A DNA stretch of 64,000 nt from a bacterium (GCA_963662285.2 CAXXMV010000001.1:704001-768000); one strand, 5' to 3'; counted from the stretch's first letter, positions 29,217 through 39,738 are shown. Notes: generated by a model not told the origin, from the sequence alone. Made by a program: numbers and translations.

Positions 29217-30341
29217 ATGAAAAGACTTTGCGGCTTAACCATATCATTATTGATCATTTTAGCGCCAGCCATCATGGCTGAAGAGAATATCACTCCATTA
29301 CCGATTGGCTCATCGGCGCCGGAATTTGCATTGCCCGGAGTAGACGGCAAGACATATAGCCTGGATAATTTTAAGGAAGCCGGTATTCTGGCCATTATTT
29401 TCACCTGCAATCACTGTCCCACAGCGCAAGCCTATGAAGAGCGGATCATTCAAATGGTGAAGGATTATACGCCGAAGGGAGTCGCTTTCGTCGCTATATC
29501 GCCCAACGATCCCCTATCAGTTCGCTTGGATGAATTAGGCTACTCCGACCTGGGCGACTCGCTGGAAGATATGAAAATCCGCTACAAAGATAAAAAATAT
29601 AATTTTCCCTATCTCTATGATGGAGAGACTCAAGTTATATCCAAGAAATACGGACCCACCGCGACGCCACATCTATTTCTGTTTGATAAAGAGAGAAAAC
29701 TGAAATACCGCGGCAGAATCGACGACAATGATCGCGACGCCAAAAAAGTTAAGGTGCATGACGCCAAAAACGCGCTGGACGCCATGTTAAGCGGAAAGCC
29801 GCTAGATCTGGAAACTACTAAACCAGCTGGCTGCTCAATCAAATGGTCATCCAAAAGAGATTGGGTAGTAAAAGGCAAGGCTGATTGGGCTAAAGAAGCG
29901 GTCGAAATGCAACCAATTCAGGTTGATGGCGTCAAAAAACTGGTGGCTAACCAGACAGAGAATTACCGCCTGATCAATGTTTGGGCTACCTGGTGCGGCC
30001 CATGCGTTATTGAATTTCCCGAACTGGTAACCATTAACCGCATGTACCGCAAGCGCCCCTTTGAGTTCGTAACCGTCAATGTGGATGGCCCGGACAGCGA
30101 AGATAAGGTTTTGAATTTTTTGAAAGAGCAACAGGCCTCAAGCCTTAACTATTATTTCGATTCCACCGAGCAGGAAGCCTTTATCGAGGCAATCGACCCG
30201 GCATGGCAAGCCAACCTGCCCTTCACTATCCTGGTTAAACCGGGTGGAGGAATCGTGTACCGCCATTCGGGCATTATTGATCCACTGGAGTTGAAGCAGG
30301 AGATTGTGGAGCGCATCGGTCGGACATACGCCAGTAATTGA
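29217..30341 (+). CDS. Secreted tandem thioredoxin-fold (redoxin/TlpA-like) protein
   Basis: CNHCP and WATWCGPC motifs; ATG 29217 after AGGAG and followed by a signal peptide. Confidence 0.88.
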   Translation: MKRLCGLTISLLIILAPAIMAEENITPLPIGSSAPEFALPGVDGKTYSLDNFKEAGILAIIFTCNHCPTAQAYEERIIQMVKDYTPKGVAFVAISPNDPLSVRLDELGYSDLGDSLEDMKIRYKDKKYNFPYLYDGETQVISKKYGPTATPHLFLFDKERKLKYRGRIDDNDRDAKKVKVHDAKNALDAMLSGKPLDLETTKPAGCSIKWSSKRDWVVKGKADWAKEAVEMQPIQVDGVKKLVANQTENYRLINVWATWCGPCVIEFPELVTINRMYRKRPFEFVTVNVDGPDSEDKVLNFLKEQQASSLNYYFDSTEQEAFIEAIDPAWQANLPFTILVKPGGGIVYRHSGIIDPLELKQEIVERIGRTYASN

Positions 30342-30350
30342 ACTAGCGGA

Positions 30351-30398
30351 TTTTTGTCTGAATCAGGATTTACTGGATGTGAGGAAGAGCAGGATTTT
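30351..30398 (+). repeat. Dispersed repeat family E
   Basis: Similar to 9775-9823. Confidence 0.65.
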
Positions 30399-30506
30399 TT
30401 TATAATTAGATTTAATTCTACTTTCAACGTGAATGGTTAATAAAAACTATGGAAAAATATCCGGTGAACTGAATCAAGGGCAGAAAATACACTGCCCTTG
30501 GCACCC
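30392..30506 (+). repeat. Extended dispersed element ending in a family A palindrome
   Basis: About 85 bp of clear similarity to the reverse complement of 61228-61312 (TTCAAC..ATAAAAACTATGGAAA..TGAACT.AATCAAGGGCAGAAAATACACTGCCCTTG.CACCC), plus a shared GATTTTTTTATAAT. Confidence 0.8.
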
Positions 30507-30562
30507 GATATTGTCTAATCCTCAATTCATAAGGTATTATTAATAATTACTGGAGTTTTCTG

Positions 30563-31422
30563 ATGATCCGGGTTAAACCCGTTTATTGCATATTGATCGG
30601 CATTCTGCTGGCGGGCTTTTTCTTCAGCCAGACCATCAACCGCATGATCTACGGCAACTGTATGTTCCGCTATGTGCTGCCGCGGTGCGATTACGCCAGT
30701 TACGTTCGGGCTTCAAACGAAATTCTCCGGGGAGAGACTCCCTATTATCAGGATACGTGTTATATCTATTCGCCGCTGTTGGCTATGGTAATGATTCCCT
30801 TGACGCGGCTTAGCGAGGTTGCGGGTTTTTGGATATGGACAGTAATGAGCATAATAGGGTTCGGCTATGGAGCGTACCGCGCCGGACGGTTATAGCCGTT
30901 GCGCTGGCAGTTTTCTGGTTGCCGTTTTACGAAGCCCTGGTTCATGGGCAGATAACTCCGGTTATCACTTGCATCCTGGCGCTGGGGATTGGGCGACGCC
31001 CGTTTTTACGGGGATTTCTGGTAGGACTGGCGGCGGCGCTTAAGTCTCCCTTCGCCATCATGATTCCATTCATCTCGATATCCTTCGGCTGGAGGGCGCT
31101 GCTGGGTTGCATAGCAGGCGCATCTCTGGCGCTGATTCATCCACCATTATTTTTAGAATACCTGGATCTGCTGGCCAACCTGGCTGAACGCCCCTATGGC
31201 GATATCGGATTGGTGCGCTGGCTTGGTCTTGAAGTGTGCCTGCCGCTAACTATGGCAGTCTGCCTGATTGCCTCGATCAGGTGGCGGGAGACCGAGGCCT
31301 CTTATATGGCGGTCATCGCCGCAGTGGTGATTGGGACGGCGCTTTGGTTTCATTCTTATACGCCGCTAGTGTTGCCTGTTATTTATTTCGTTAATAAGGC
31401 TGTTGATAGGTATTGGAAATGA
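30563..31422 (+). pseudogene. Frameshifted GT87/DUF2029-like membrane glycosyltransferase
   Basis: N-part (D...Y..A..I..G..PY, YIYSPL) ends at 30895; C-part (ALVHGQ, LAAALK.P) continues in another frame from about 30890. Confidence 0.7.
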
Positions 31423-31456
31423 GCAGTCGGGTGATTCTATGATTGGGTGGTTTTTT

Positions 31457-31485
31457 GGTGGGCAGATAAGGCTTGCCCACCCTAC
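31457..31485 (-). repeat. GTAGGGTGG-type REP palindrome (family C)
   Basis: Reverse complement GTAGGGTGGGCAAGCCTTATCTGCCCACC, between convergent genes. Confidence 0.8.
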
Positions 31486-31509
31486 GCGAAGGTGGGGATT
31501 TTGTAATGC

Positions 31510-32124
31510 CTAATAATTATCATGGCGCCGTTGGGAAGTGGTTTCTGATATAAATTTTACCGCCGTATCCAATGTACGCTGAGTTATTGCCAGTTGATCA
31601 ACTGTGATTTGCTCTTCGTATTGTTTGTAGAATTCGAGCAACGACTTATCCCCGCCCTGATTATTGAAGTCGTAGATATGCTCAAAAAAGACCTTCTTGA
31701 TCCCTGCGCTGATCAAGACTTTGAAACAGTTCATGCAGGGAGATAGTGTACAATATATAGTTCCGCCTTCAATGATGATGCCTTTACGCGCGGCATGGGC
31801 CATAGCGTTCATTTCAGCGTGAATGGCGCGTGACAGGTCTCTCGGCTCCATACCCGGAACATGATTTTCCGGCTGACGCCAGTAGCATTGACGTTTATCG
31901 GTGCAATGCCACGATCCCGGCGCCGCCCCGTTATAGCCGGTGGCCAGGATACGCCGGTCGCGTACAATGACCGCCCCGACCGGACGGGAGAAGCAGGTCG
32001 AACGCGTCGCAGCCAGTTTGGCCAGCAGCATGAAATATTCATCCCATGATGGCCGGTAATCACTAAGCGAAACTCCTAATTCGGACATATCGCCGTCGTG
32101 TATAGTAGGAATATCTTCAGCCAT
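31510..32124 (-). CDS. dCMP deaminase (ComEB family)
   Basis: RPSWDEYFM, RSTC, ATGYNG, HAEMNA, PCMNC; ATG 32124 follows AGGGGAG. Confidence 0.93.
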   Translation of the reverse strand: MAEDIPTIHDGDMSELGVSLSDYRPSWDEYFMLLAKLAATRSTCFSRPVGAVIVRDRRILATGYNGAAPGSWHCTDKRQCYWRQPENHVPGMEPRDLSRAIHAEMNAMAHAARKGIIIEGGTIYCTLSPCMNCFKVLISAGIKKVFFEHIYDFNNQGGDKSLLEFYKQYEEQITVDQLAITQRTLDTAVKFISETTSQRRHDNY

Positions 32125-32309
32125 GGCGCCAACTCCCCTGATTTGATATATTATCACAATACACAATATATTGGATACGCACCATGTCAAGACCACAATA
32201 TACGTTTTATATGTATTAAAATAGAAAACGAGTGGAAGGATCGCATAGAACGTCCCCTCCACTCGCTAGTTTTTCTATTCAAGATAAACTATGTGCGAAT
32301 CAATTCAAA

Positions 32310-33194
32310 CTACACATCGCATAGAAGCACGGCGTCCTTGAGTGATTGCATTCCGTGTTTCGGGACAAACTCATGGGCGACATAGCCGTTGTATTTGCCG
32401 TTTTCCTGTAATTCAGCAATAGCATTCATAATTGCTGGATAGTTGAGTTCTTGAGTATCATCCAGGTCTTTACGTCCGGGATTGCCGCCAGTATGGAAGT
32501 GACCGATATAATCGATGTTATCACGGATAACCCGAATCACGTCGCCTTCCATAATCTGCATGTGGTAGATGTCATATAGAAGTTTAAATCTTGGAGAATC
32601 AACTCTTTTGCACAATTCTACTCCCCACAAGGTTTTGTCGCACTGATAGTCGCGATGATCCACTTTGCTGTTGAGCAGTTCCATGCAGATGGTGACGTCA
32701 TTATCTTCAGCAATTTTAACTGCTTCTTTTAGGATGGCGGAGCAATTATCCCAGGCTTCGTAGTCGGTTCTACCCGCACGACTGCCGGAAAAGCAGATAA
32801 CATTGGGCCATTTATATTTTGCAGCTGCAGAGATGTTATTTTTGAAGGCTTCCATCTGGTCTTTATGGAGTTTCTTATCATTCAAGCCTTGGCCAATGCT
32901 TGAGGCGCCATTTGCCATTGTTGCGACCAAGCCGTAATTCTTGCATATATCCCATTGTTTGGGATCACTGATCAAATCGATGCCCCGCAGCCCCATCTCA
33001 GCGCATTGCTTGGCGAAGGCGTCGAAATCTTCGACAACGCCGCCATAGCACCATCGCGAAACGGATTGTTTGATGCGTCCTTTTAATTTGGTTTCATCAG
33101 CGCTGGCGATAGCGGTATTTCCAACCGACGCCGCAACAGCGCCCCCGGCGATAGAAGCAATTGCAGTCCGGCGATTAATTGTATTATCAGACAT
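32310..33194 (-). CDS. Tat-exported hydroxypyruvate isomerase-like TIM-barrel protein
   Basis: INRR Tat signal; MELLNSKVDH, LLYDIYHMQIMEGD, HTGGNPGR, ELNYP, HEF. Confidence 0.9.
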   Translation of the reverse strand: MSDNTINRRTAIASIAGGAVAASVGNTAIASADETKLKGRIKQSVSRWCYGGVVEDFDAFAKQCAEMGLRGIDLISDPKQWDICKNYGLVATMANGASSIGQGLNDKKLHKDQMEAFKNNISAAAKYKWPNVICFSGSRAGRTDYEAWDNCSAILKEAVKIAEDNDVTICMELLNSKVDHRDYQCDKTLWGVELCKRVDSPRFKLLYDIYHMQIMEGDVIRVIRDNIDYIGHFHTGGNPGRKDLDDTQELNYPAIMNAIAELQENGKYNGYVAHEFVPKHGMQSLKDAVLLCDV

Positions 33195-33460
33195 AATTAC
33201 ACTCCTCTCTTGATAAAGTCATACTTCATTATAGGGAAATAATGATTCTCTAGTATAGGAAAGCGCTGCAAAAAGTTTTTTTTAATGATTATATTTCAGG
33301 CTTTTTTATTTCTTCTTTTGAGATAACGTATAAATTAAAGATATTACGCTACTATATAAAGAATGGTGTTTGTTTATTCTTTACAATTAAGCGTAAACAT
33401 TCATTAATGACAATGCTCTTATCAGAATCAATTTAATTATATATATATTTTGGGGAAATA

Positions 33461-35395
33461 ATGAATTTTTTTGATGATCCAATGTCCTTAGACCATACTG
33501 GACATACCTATAGAGTAATCATATCCATCATTTTATCAGTATCAGTTCTATTGCTCATTCCTTTATGCTTTATATTGTTAAGCCCGGGTTGGACAGATGA
33601 ACGTTATGATCGCCAGGTGTTTAATCCAAATAAGATAACGACAATTGAAGGCGAACAGGGCTATATCGAAAAATGGGAGGGTGATGAACAAACTCCACCA
33701 ATTGATTTTTTCGAGACCGTATCTCAAAATGACAATCCTGATCAAAAACTATTCCAAATAAAACGTTCAGCTAAAATAGGATACGCCGGTTTTGATATCT
33801 GCTTAGATAGTCCAATGCAGGAAGATGATTCAATAATTCTAACCATATCTAATCAGGGTGAAGCATTTGAGATGGAGATAAGTCTGATCGAAAAAGAATC
33901 TCCAGGTTGCGCCATACCGGAAGATTGGCAGACAAAAATATACCTACCCTCAAATACATGGACTCGCCAACGGATTCTTTTATCAAATTTTAAATTGAAT
34001 GAAGATTATCAACCTCTTAATAAAGTTGGCAACCAGAAATTAGATATCAAATCACTGGATCATATAGCTTTCGTTTTACCTCCAGATAAGTCGATAAACA
34101 TTTTATTAGGATCAATATTTTTCAGAAGTAAACAGTCATCAATCCATACAATTGCGCTGGCCATTATTTTCCCTATATGGCTTTTTCTAGTTTTCCGGGA
34201 CAGCAAAAAAAATGCGTCACGCCAATCATCTCTTTTGAATTTTATAAATCTCATTACTTTACTGACTTACTTATTTGGTTCTTTGTCGATCTGCTTATTG
34301 ATAAATCAAACAGGAGAATTAATCGGGAATATTTATGGGCTATTAACCGTATTAAGCATAATATCATTGTTTCATGTGGAGATTCATCATCGAATAAATG
34401 CTGACATCACCAGGATATGCTCCTTTGTTTTTCCCATGATTATTGCTCTAATTATTTTTGTTTTCGATCATCAGTGTACTGTCACGCCCTTATTCTTCGC
34501 TGCCAGTTGCTTCTTGCTTATCGCCCATTTCGAAATTTCCGGATTGATGCTTGGCCTGGTTTATTTGGTTATCTTTCTTGCATTACAAGTGACTATTTTT
34601 TCTCAACCAGTTAATATCATCGGAATAAGCATTGCTTTCTTAATCCAGTTATTTTTCACCTTCTTCGTTATTTACATCAAGCATTACTCATCATCAAAAA
34701 CCGTGAAAATGTTAGAGCAGAAAAAAGAAGAAATTGAAAAAAAATACAAAGATTTGATGGAACATAAATCTCAACTGCAAAAAACGTTAGAGCAATTCCA
34801 GAAAAATTTATGGAAGGATGAATTAACTGACGTCGCTAATTATAGTTTTTTTGAAGATCATTACCAAAAATTGTGGCGTCATTCCCTTCGGCATAAGATT
34901 CCCGTATCAATCGCAATTTGCGACATAGATAATTTCTCGGATTTCAATCAATCCTTCAACAGTAAAGCTGGTGATGCTTGCCTGAAGTGGGTGGCGATGG
35001 TTTTGAATGCTTCCTACAACCGCCCCTTCGATATAGTGGCTCGCAAGGATAATGAGGATGTCTTCATCATGTTATCCTGTGGTGTTCCGGCCCAGGAAAC
35101 AGCCTATTATGTTGATACCGTGAGGCAAAAGATTGAGCGATTGGGAATCTCTAACCAACAAACCGACACGGATGAAGTAGTTACAGTGTCGATCGGAGTT
35201 TCCGGCGTGATTCCAAGTTACATGACCAGCCCGGAAAAATTGTTCTCTAACGCTTATGATGCGCTCAAAAAAGCCAAAGAAAAAGGCAAAAACCTCGTCA
35301 TGCTTCACATTCATATCGATGAAGATGAGAATAGCAATATCGCCTTTCGCAAAGAACCGGTGTTTCTTAAAATCGACAAGCAAGACGCTTCTTAA
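33461..35395 (+). CDS. Membrane protein with extracytoplasmic CBM-like domain and degenerate GGDEF domain
   Basis: DELTDVAN, CDIDNF, AGDACL, VTVSIG, AKEKGKN; active-site motif replaced by KDNEDV; RPFD I-site present. Confidence 0.85.
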   Translation: MNFFDDPMSLDHTGHTYRVIISIILSVSVLLLIPLCFILLSPGWTDERYDRQVFNPNKITTIEGEQGYIEKWEGDEQTPPIDFFETVSQNDNPDQKLFQIKRSAKIGYAGFDICLDSPMQEDDSIILTISNQGEAFEMEISLIEKESPGCAIPEDWQTKIYLPSNTWTRQRILLSNFKLNEDYQPLNKVGNQKLDIKSLDHIAFVLPPDKSINILLGSIFFRSKQSSIHTIALAIIFPIWLFLVFRDSKKNASRQSSLLNFINLITLLTYLFGSLSICLLINQTGELIGNIYGLLTVLSIISLFHVEIHHRINADITRICSFVFPMIIALIIFVFDHQCTVTPLFFAASCFLLIAHFEISGLMLGLVYLVIFLALQVTIFSQPVNIIGISIAFLIQLFFTFFVIYIKHYSSSKTVKMLEQKKEEIEKKYKDLMEHKSQLQKTLEQFQKNLWKDELTDVANYSFFEDHYQKLWRHSLRHKIPVSIAICDIDNFSDFNQSFNSKAGDACLKWVAMVLNASYNRPFDIVARKDNEDVFIMLSCGVPAQETAYYVDTVRQKIERLGISNQQTDTDEVVTVSIGVSGVIPSYMTSPEKLFSNAYDALKKAKEKGKNLVMLHIHIDEDENSNIAFRKEPVFLKIDKQDAS

Positions 35396-35413
35396 CTATT
35401 TTCCTGAAGAACT

Positions 35414-38400
35414 TTAGAAATTCATCCACTCTCGAATGTAAGTCGAATCGCCCTCTTCGACATACTCACCCGGAGAACCTCCTGCTTGTTCACACACCTG
35501 CCAATTCTCAGGATCATTATAATCTCCGCTGGTTGATACTATTGCTAACGAATACCCCTCACCATCAGCCGATTCAGGCCAGGGGGCGTTATCATCGTAT
35601 TCAAACTCCTGGATAACTACATCGCCAATACTTTCTAACTTAATCTTCTCACCGCCATTATCCAAACGGCCTTCGTATTGACCAATGACGTTTAGTTCCG
35701 ATCCATAGCGCAATTGAAAAGCAGCCTGATTTCTGACCACTAGAACAACTTCACCAGGTTGCAGAATTATTTTTGATGCATCAGCGAAATCGAATTGGAT
35801 GCCGTTAGTAAAAGAAACTGTTGACAAATCCAACACATCATTCTGGCTGATATTCATGATTTCAATAAATTCAAATTCATCATTATCATATCCCGCCAGA
35901 ATTTCAGCATCGCTGGAAGCCGAGGGATTATAGTATAATTCTGTTATTCTCAGCGAATTTTCCAAAGACGATGGAATGTTAAACGCCGCTTCACTCAAAG
36001 CAGACCAGATATCACCACTGGCGCTGCGAACCATTACCTGTGCAGATTGATTCAGAACAACAGGTAGACCTTCATATTTTATGGCCGCCGAAGATATGGC
36101 GCCGCCGGGAAGGCGGGGATCTTCACCATCAAGCGTATAATAGATATCTTCAATATCTCCAGTGAATGTAAGTTGAAAACCGGGTTCAACCTCTCCACCA
36201 TGTTGATTTAACACCGGAGGATCGATATCAGGATACCACCCCTTACTTTTGATCTGACTGAAAACTACATCGGTGCGAGTCTTGGGAGAAGCCTGGATAT
36301 AGTCGTCTATAATCCGATTCACTATCGGCAGCCAGTGATCATTTTTGGTCATGGGGGCGTTGGGCGATAGATAGTCGCCCCAGCGGGCTGATTCAGCGAT
36401 TACCGCCATATCAATCTCGGCTTTACGACTGATAAATATCTCTGAAGATATTTCAGGCGTCAATACGCCGCTGTTAAAGAAATGCTTATAGACGCGGTCG
36501 GCGAAACGTAGACGGTACTCGGCGCTGTCTTCTAGAAGTTTATTGTTTAAGTACCAGGGATTACAATACTTTTGGGTTTTCAACGATGAAATCAATGTTG
36601 TGCTTAACCGGTTATAGTTCACTCCCTGGGTGAGATGTACGCCCAGAGTATGTTCATTATCATGAGTAATAAATTTCACGCCGTCAGGTTCGTTTCTATT
36701 AAATATTGCATACATGTTTCTCGGTTGCCTGTCGCTGTCTGGAGGACCAATGGGGCTATCCCTGTTACCGGTATAGAAAATCAGCAGCATGTAATCGATC
36801 AGGTTATTTACATCCAACAGTTTTTTATTCTCTTCAACCTCAGTAAGCCCATCAGACGCCAATCCCTGGAGGCGAAAGTAATCTTCTTTGTCAGAAAGGC
36901 CATTATTGACCTCCGTCCAGAGTTCATAATAATCATCCAGTTGACCATCGGCGGCGTATATGGTTCCGTCGGTATCATTATCAGATTTCAAGACATCGTA
37001 ATCTTCTTCATCGCCGCCCATATATGATGCAGAAAAACTGGATTCAGGGCGTTCTTCGGTCTGGTATAATCCCCAGTACTGCCCGTTAATATACAGGTGA
37101 TAATACCGGCTGCGCGTGTATGGATGCCCCATGCGCGCTTGAGAGTCGCGCGTATGGATATCGTACAGCCATGTGCTGTTCTCAGTGTTGCTGCCAGCAG
37201 ATAGATGCCAGGAGAAATTCTGTCCGGTGCGCAGATCAATTTTATCAAATTCAGAAACGCCCTCATCTTCAAAAAGGGGATAATTCAATTTTGCGTCGCC
37301 ATACTCTGAACGGAAAAACAGGCGAAACGAGTGTTTAGGATTATTGGCATTTCTACTCATCCCCCCGCGAATCCGTAATCCAGCATTCACCTGGAAACCT
37401 TCCCGTTGATCAGGATGAATCAATTCCAGAGATATTTTTCTCTCCCATTCCCGGCCATCTTGTAAAGCGTTTGCATAGATGCCGCTGGTTGAGTCGAACA
37501 GGTTATCCAAGTCAGTAACAATCGAAAGGGTGGATATGGATAACAAAGCCTCTTCCATTTGTTCTGCATATACCGGATCACCCGTCACATCGAGGTCCAT
37601 GCCATAATCTATAGCCTGCGAACTGCTGCCACCGCCAGGAAAATCCGGTCGACCAGGACGATTGGACTGGCCAGATTGCCCGCTTGGATCAGGCCATTGC
37701 TCACCAGGCGCCTCGCCTGTGGGCGATTGATTAATTACATCTTGCACGAAAATATAGGTATTGGTTTTGACCTTAGCTGGAATATAGCCTTCTTTGAAAG
37801 CAGCAGCTCGTAAGACAGTGGTTGAACTTATCGAGATCAAACCGGAATAAATTTCGCCATAATCTTCCGCCGGTTCACTGCCATCCAGGGTATATCGAAT
37901 CGTAACGTCTGGAGTATCAGAAGTAATTTCCAGATCAAACGGCTCATCATAAAAGCCGCGTTCTACGCTGAACTCTATTTTTTCGATGGCGCCTTCATAT
38001 ATGGTTCCATTGCCTTCTCCGGGAGTGGCGATATCGAAATATCCTTCTTGCGTCAGTGCGCTGTCGGTTCCATAAGAAATATCCTTTTTCTGTTCGGGAT
38101 AATCCTCATACTGATGGACTATTGTGGCGCCGTCATACATAACCAGCGCAATATCCTCACCGCTGCTGTCTAACTTAAAGTTGGTATGGATATAAGCCAG
38201 ATCGTCGATGTAATTATCTTCGTCACCCTTGCCGGAAGCGATTAGAACTAGATAAGCGCCGGGTTGTATGGTTAGATCGATGATATCAGCTGAAGGGAAA
38301 TTCCATTTTCTTAAATCTGTCAGATCGTCGGTTAGATACCATGAATTAATTTTGACTGCCTCAGATGTAGGGTTATAAATCTCGATCCAATCCGAATTTT

Positions 38401-38584
38401 CATCATTACCATCGGTGAATGAATCAGAATTATTAGCCATAAATTCACTGATAATTAGCCCCGGTAAATCAACCGCTATAGATGGTTGAGAGGCCAAAAC
38501 AAAAATGGCGCTTAAACAAATCATCATATATTTCATAGATAAAATATTCACATATTGTTTCTGAGGTTTACTTATTCGCAGCAT
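35414..38584 (-). CDS. Secreted CotH kinase-family protein with lamin-tail and FN3-associated domains
   Basis: ISEFMANN..SDWIEIYN (LTD), IRYTLDGSEP, IRGG.SR..PKHSFRL, NGQYWGLY..E, second LTD (ITELYYNP..EFIEI). Confidence 0.88.
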   Translation of the reverse strand: MLRISKPQKQYVNILSMKYMMICLSAIFVLASQPSIAVDLPGLIISEFMANNSDSFTDGNDENSDWIEIYNPTSEAVKINSWYLTDDLTDLRKWNFPSADIIDLTIQPGAYLVLIASGKGDEDNYIDDLAYIHTNFKLDSSGEDIALVMYDGATIVHQYEDYPEQKKDISYGTDSALTQEGYFDIATPGEGNGTIYEGAIEKIEFSVERGFYDEPFDLEITSDTPDVTIRYTLDGSEPAEDYGEIYSGLISISSTTVLRAAAFKEGYIPAKVKTNTYIFVQDVINQSPTGEAPGEQWPDPSGQSGQSNRPGRPDFPGGGSSSQAIDYGMDLDVTGDPVYAEQMEEALLSISTLSIVTDLDNLFDSTSGIYANALQDGREWERKISLELIHPDQREGFQVNAGLRIRGGMSRNANNPKHSFRLFFRSEYGDAKLNYPLFEDEGVSEFDKIDLRTGQNFSWHLSAGSNTENSTWLYDIHTRDSQARMGHPYTRSRYYHLYINGQYWGLYQTEERPESSFSASYMGGDEEDYDVLKSDNDTDGTIYAADGQLDDYYELWTEVNNGLSDKEDYFRLQGLASDGLTEVEENKKLLDVNNLIDYMLLIFYTGNRDSPIGPPDSDRQPRNMYAIFNRNEPDGVKFITHDNEHTLGVHLTQGVNYNRLSTTLISSLKTQKYCNPWYLNNKLLEDSAEYRLRFADRVYKHFFNSGVLTPEISSEIFISRKAEIDMAVIAESARWGDYLSPNAPMTKNDHWLPIVNRIIDDYIQASPKTRTDVVFSQIKSKGWYPDIDPPVLNQHGGEVEPGFQLTFTGDIEDIYYTLDGEDPRLPGGAISSAAIKYEGLPVVLNQSAQVMVRSASGDIWSALSEAAFNIPSSLENSLRITELYYNPSASSDAEILAGYDNDEFEFIEIMNISQNDVLDLSTVSFTNGIQFDFADASKIILQPGEVVLVVRNQAAFQLRYGSELNVIGQYEGRLDNGGEKIKLESIGDVVIQEFEYDDNAPWPESADGEGYSLAIVSTSGDYNDPENWQVCEQAGGSPGEYVEEGDSTYIREWMNF

Positions 38585-38642
38585 TATGCATCTCCAATAA
38601 GTTTGATTCTATTTATGTACTGTTATTAAAAGCATATCTATT

Positions 38643-38658
38643 AGTAAGAAATATGCCA
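38643..38658 (-). promoter_or_regulatory. Possible sigma54 (-24/-12) promoter for the CotH gene, variant -12
   Basis: Minus strand TGGCATATTTCTTACT (GG-N10-AC instead of GC). Confidence 0.4.
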
Positions 38659-38709
38659 AACCTATATTTGGATTATTCCCTTATAAAAAAAGAACTTTCT
38701 GAAAGGATT

Positions 38710-38757
38710 GCGCAAGAATTGCTCTAAGCCAAAAGTAGACATGAGCAATATATGCTC
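38710..38757. promoter_or_regulatory. Tandem palindromic operator/enhancer sites G(A/C)GCA-N5-TGCTC
   Basis: GCGCAAGAATTGCTC (38710-38724) and GAGCAATATATGCTC (38743-38757), 33 bp centre to centre. Confidence 0.5.
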
Positions 38758-38875
38758 GATTTGCACTAACTATTTTCTGAACTACAATGGTTGACGCACA
38801 ATACTCTTTCATGAGAGGATCAACCGCTTACACAAGTTCATTCAATCGATGAAATCAGGCAGGAGGAGTAAATAA

Positions 38876-39613
38876 ATGGAACGACGTTCATTCGTAACAA
38901 TGTCAGGTATAGCAGTAGCCGCATCTTCAACGGGAACCGCAATGGCTTCAGAAAACAGCGCCGAGAAAATCAAGGTTGCTCTGCTCACAGGAGGGCATTC
39001 ATTTGATTTGCCCAATTTTTATAACATGCTCGAACAACTCAAGGGCGTGAAAGTTTATCCTCAACACCTGGAGAATTTCGCATCCAGCACCGAAGAGATT
39101 CGCGACTCCTATGATGTAGTGGGTTTTTATAATATGCATAATCCTATCCCTACAGATGAAGGCAGTACCTGGTGGTCGGGCAAGCCCAAGACCGCTCTAG
39201 AACGTTTATATAAGAATGGCCAAGGCATTGTTTTGATCCATCATGCCATCCTGGCATGGCGCGAATGGGATTTATGGAATGAAGCGGTCGGCTTCAAAAC
39301 GCGCAGTTTTAAGTACAAACCAAACATTAATATGTCAATCAAAATAGCAGACAAGAATCACCCGGTCACGAAAGGCCTGAACGATTTCGAAATCGTGGAC
39401 GAAGGTTACATCCTAAACAGCAAGCATGACGGCAAAGGCAAAGTGCTGCTGACAACACAGCACGAAAACGCCATGCAAGAAGTAGTCTGGACCCGTAAAT
39501 GCCAAAACAGCAATGTGTTCTGCATCGCCCTGGGCCACGATAACCTAGCCTGGTCTAATCCGGGCTTCCAGCGAGTCGTTAGCAATGGAATGCAATGGAG
39601 CGCGGGGAAGTAA
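38876..39613 (+). CDS. Tat-exported ThuA-like (class I GATase-like fold) protein
   Basis: ERRSF Tat motif; TGGHSFD, G.VLIHHA, HPVTKGL..F...DE.Y, LGHD; AGGAGG RBS. Confidence 0.88.
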   Translation: MERRSFVTMSGIAVAASSTGTAMASENSAEKIKVALLTGGHSFDLPNFYNMLEQLKGVKVYPQHLENFASSTEEIRDSYDVVGFYNMHNPIPTDEGSTWWSGKPKTALERLYKNGQGIVLIHHAILAWREWDLWNEAVGFKTRSFKYKPNINMSIKIADKNHPVTKGLNDFEIVDEGYILNSKHDGKGKVLLTTQHENAMQEVVWTRKCQNSNVFCIALGHDNLAWSNPGFQRVVSNGMQWSAGK

Positions 39614-39738
39614 TATCGTAATAGATATAGAAAAAAAGTATGCTGCGATGGAATTACCAATTCCTTCACAGCATACATACTTCTATAAATCACTCTAAAA
39701 TAAATTGCTATTCATTCAATCAGAGCACGCTGACATGC

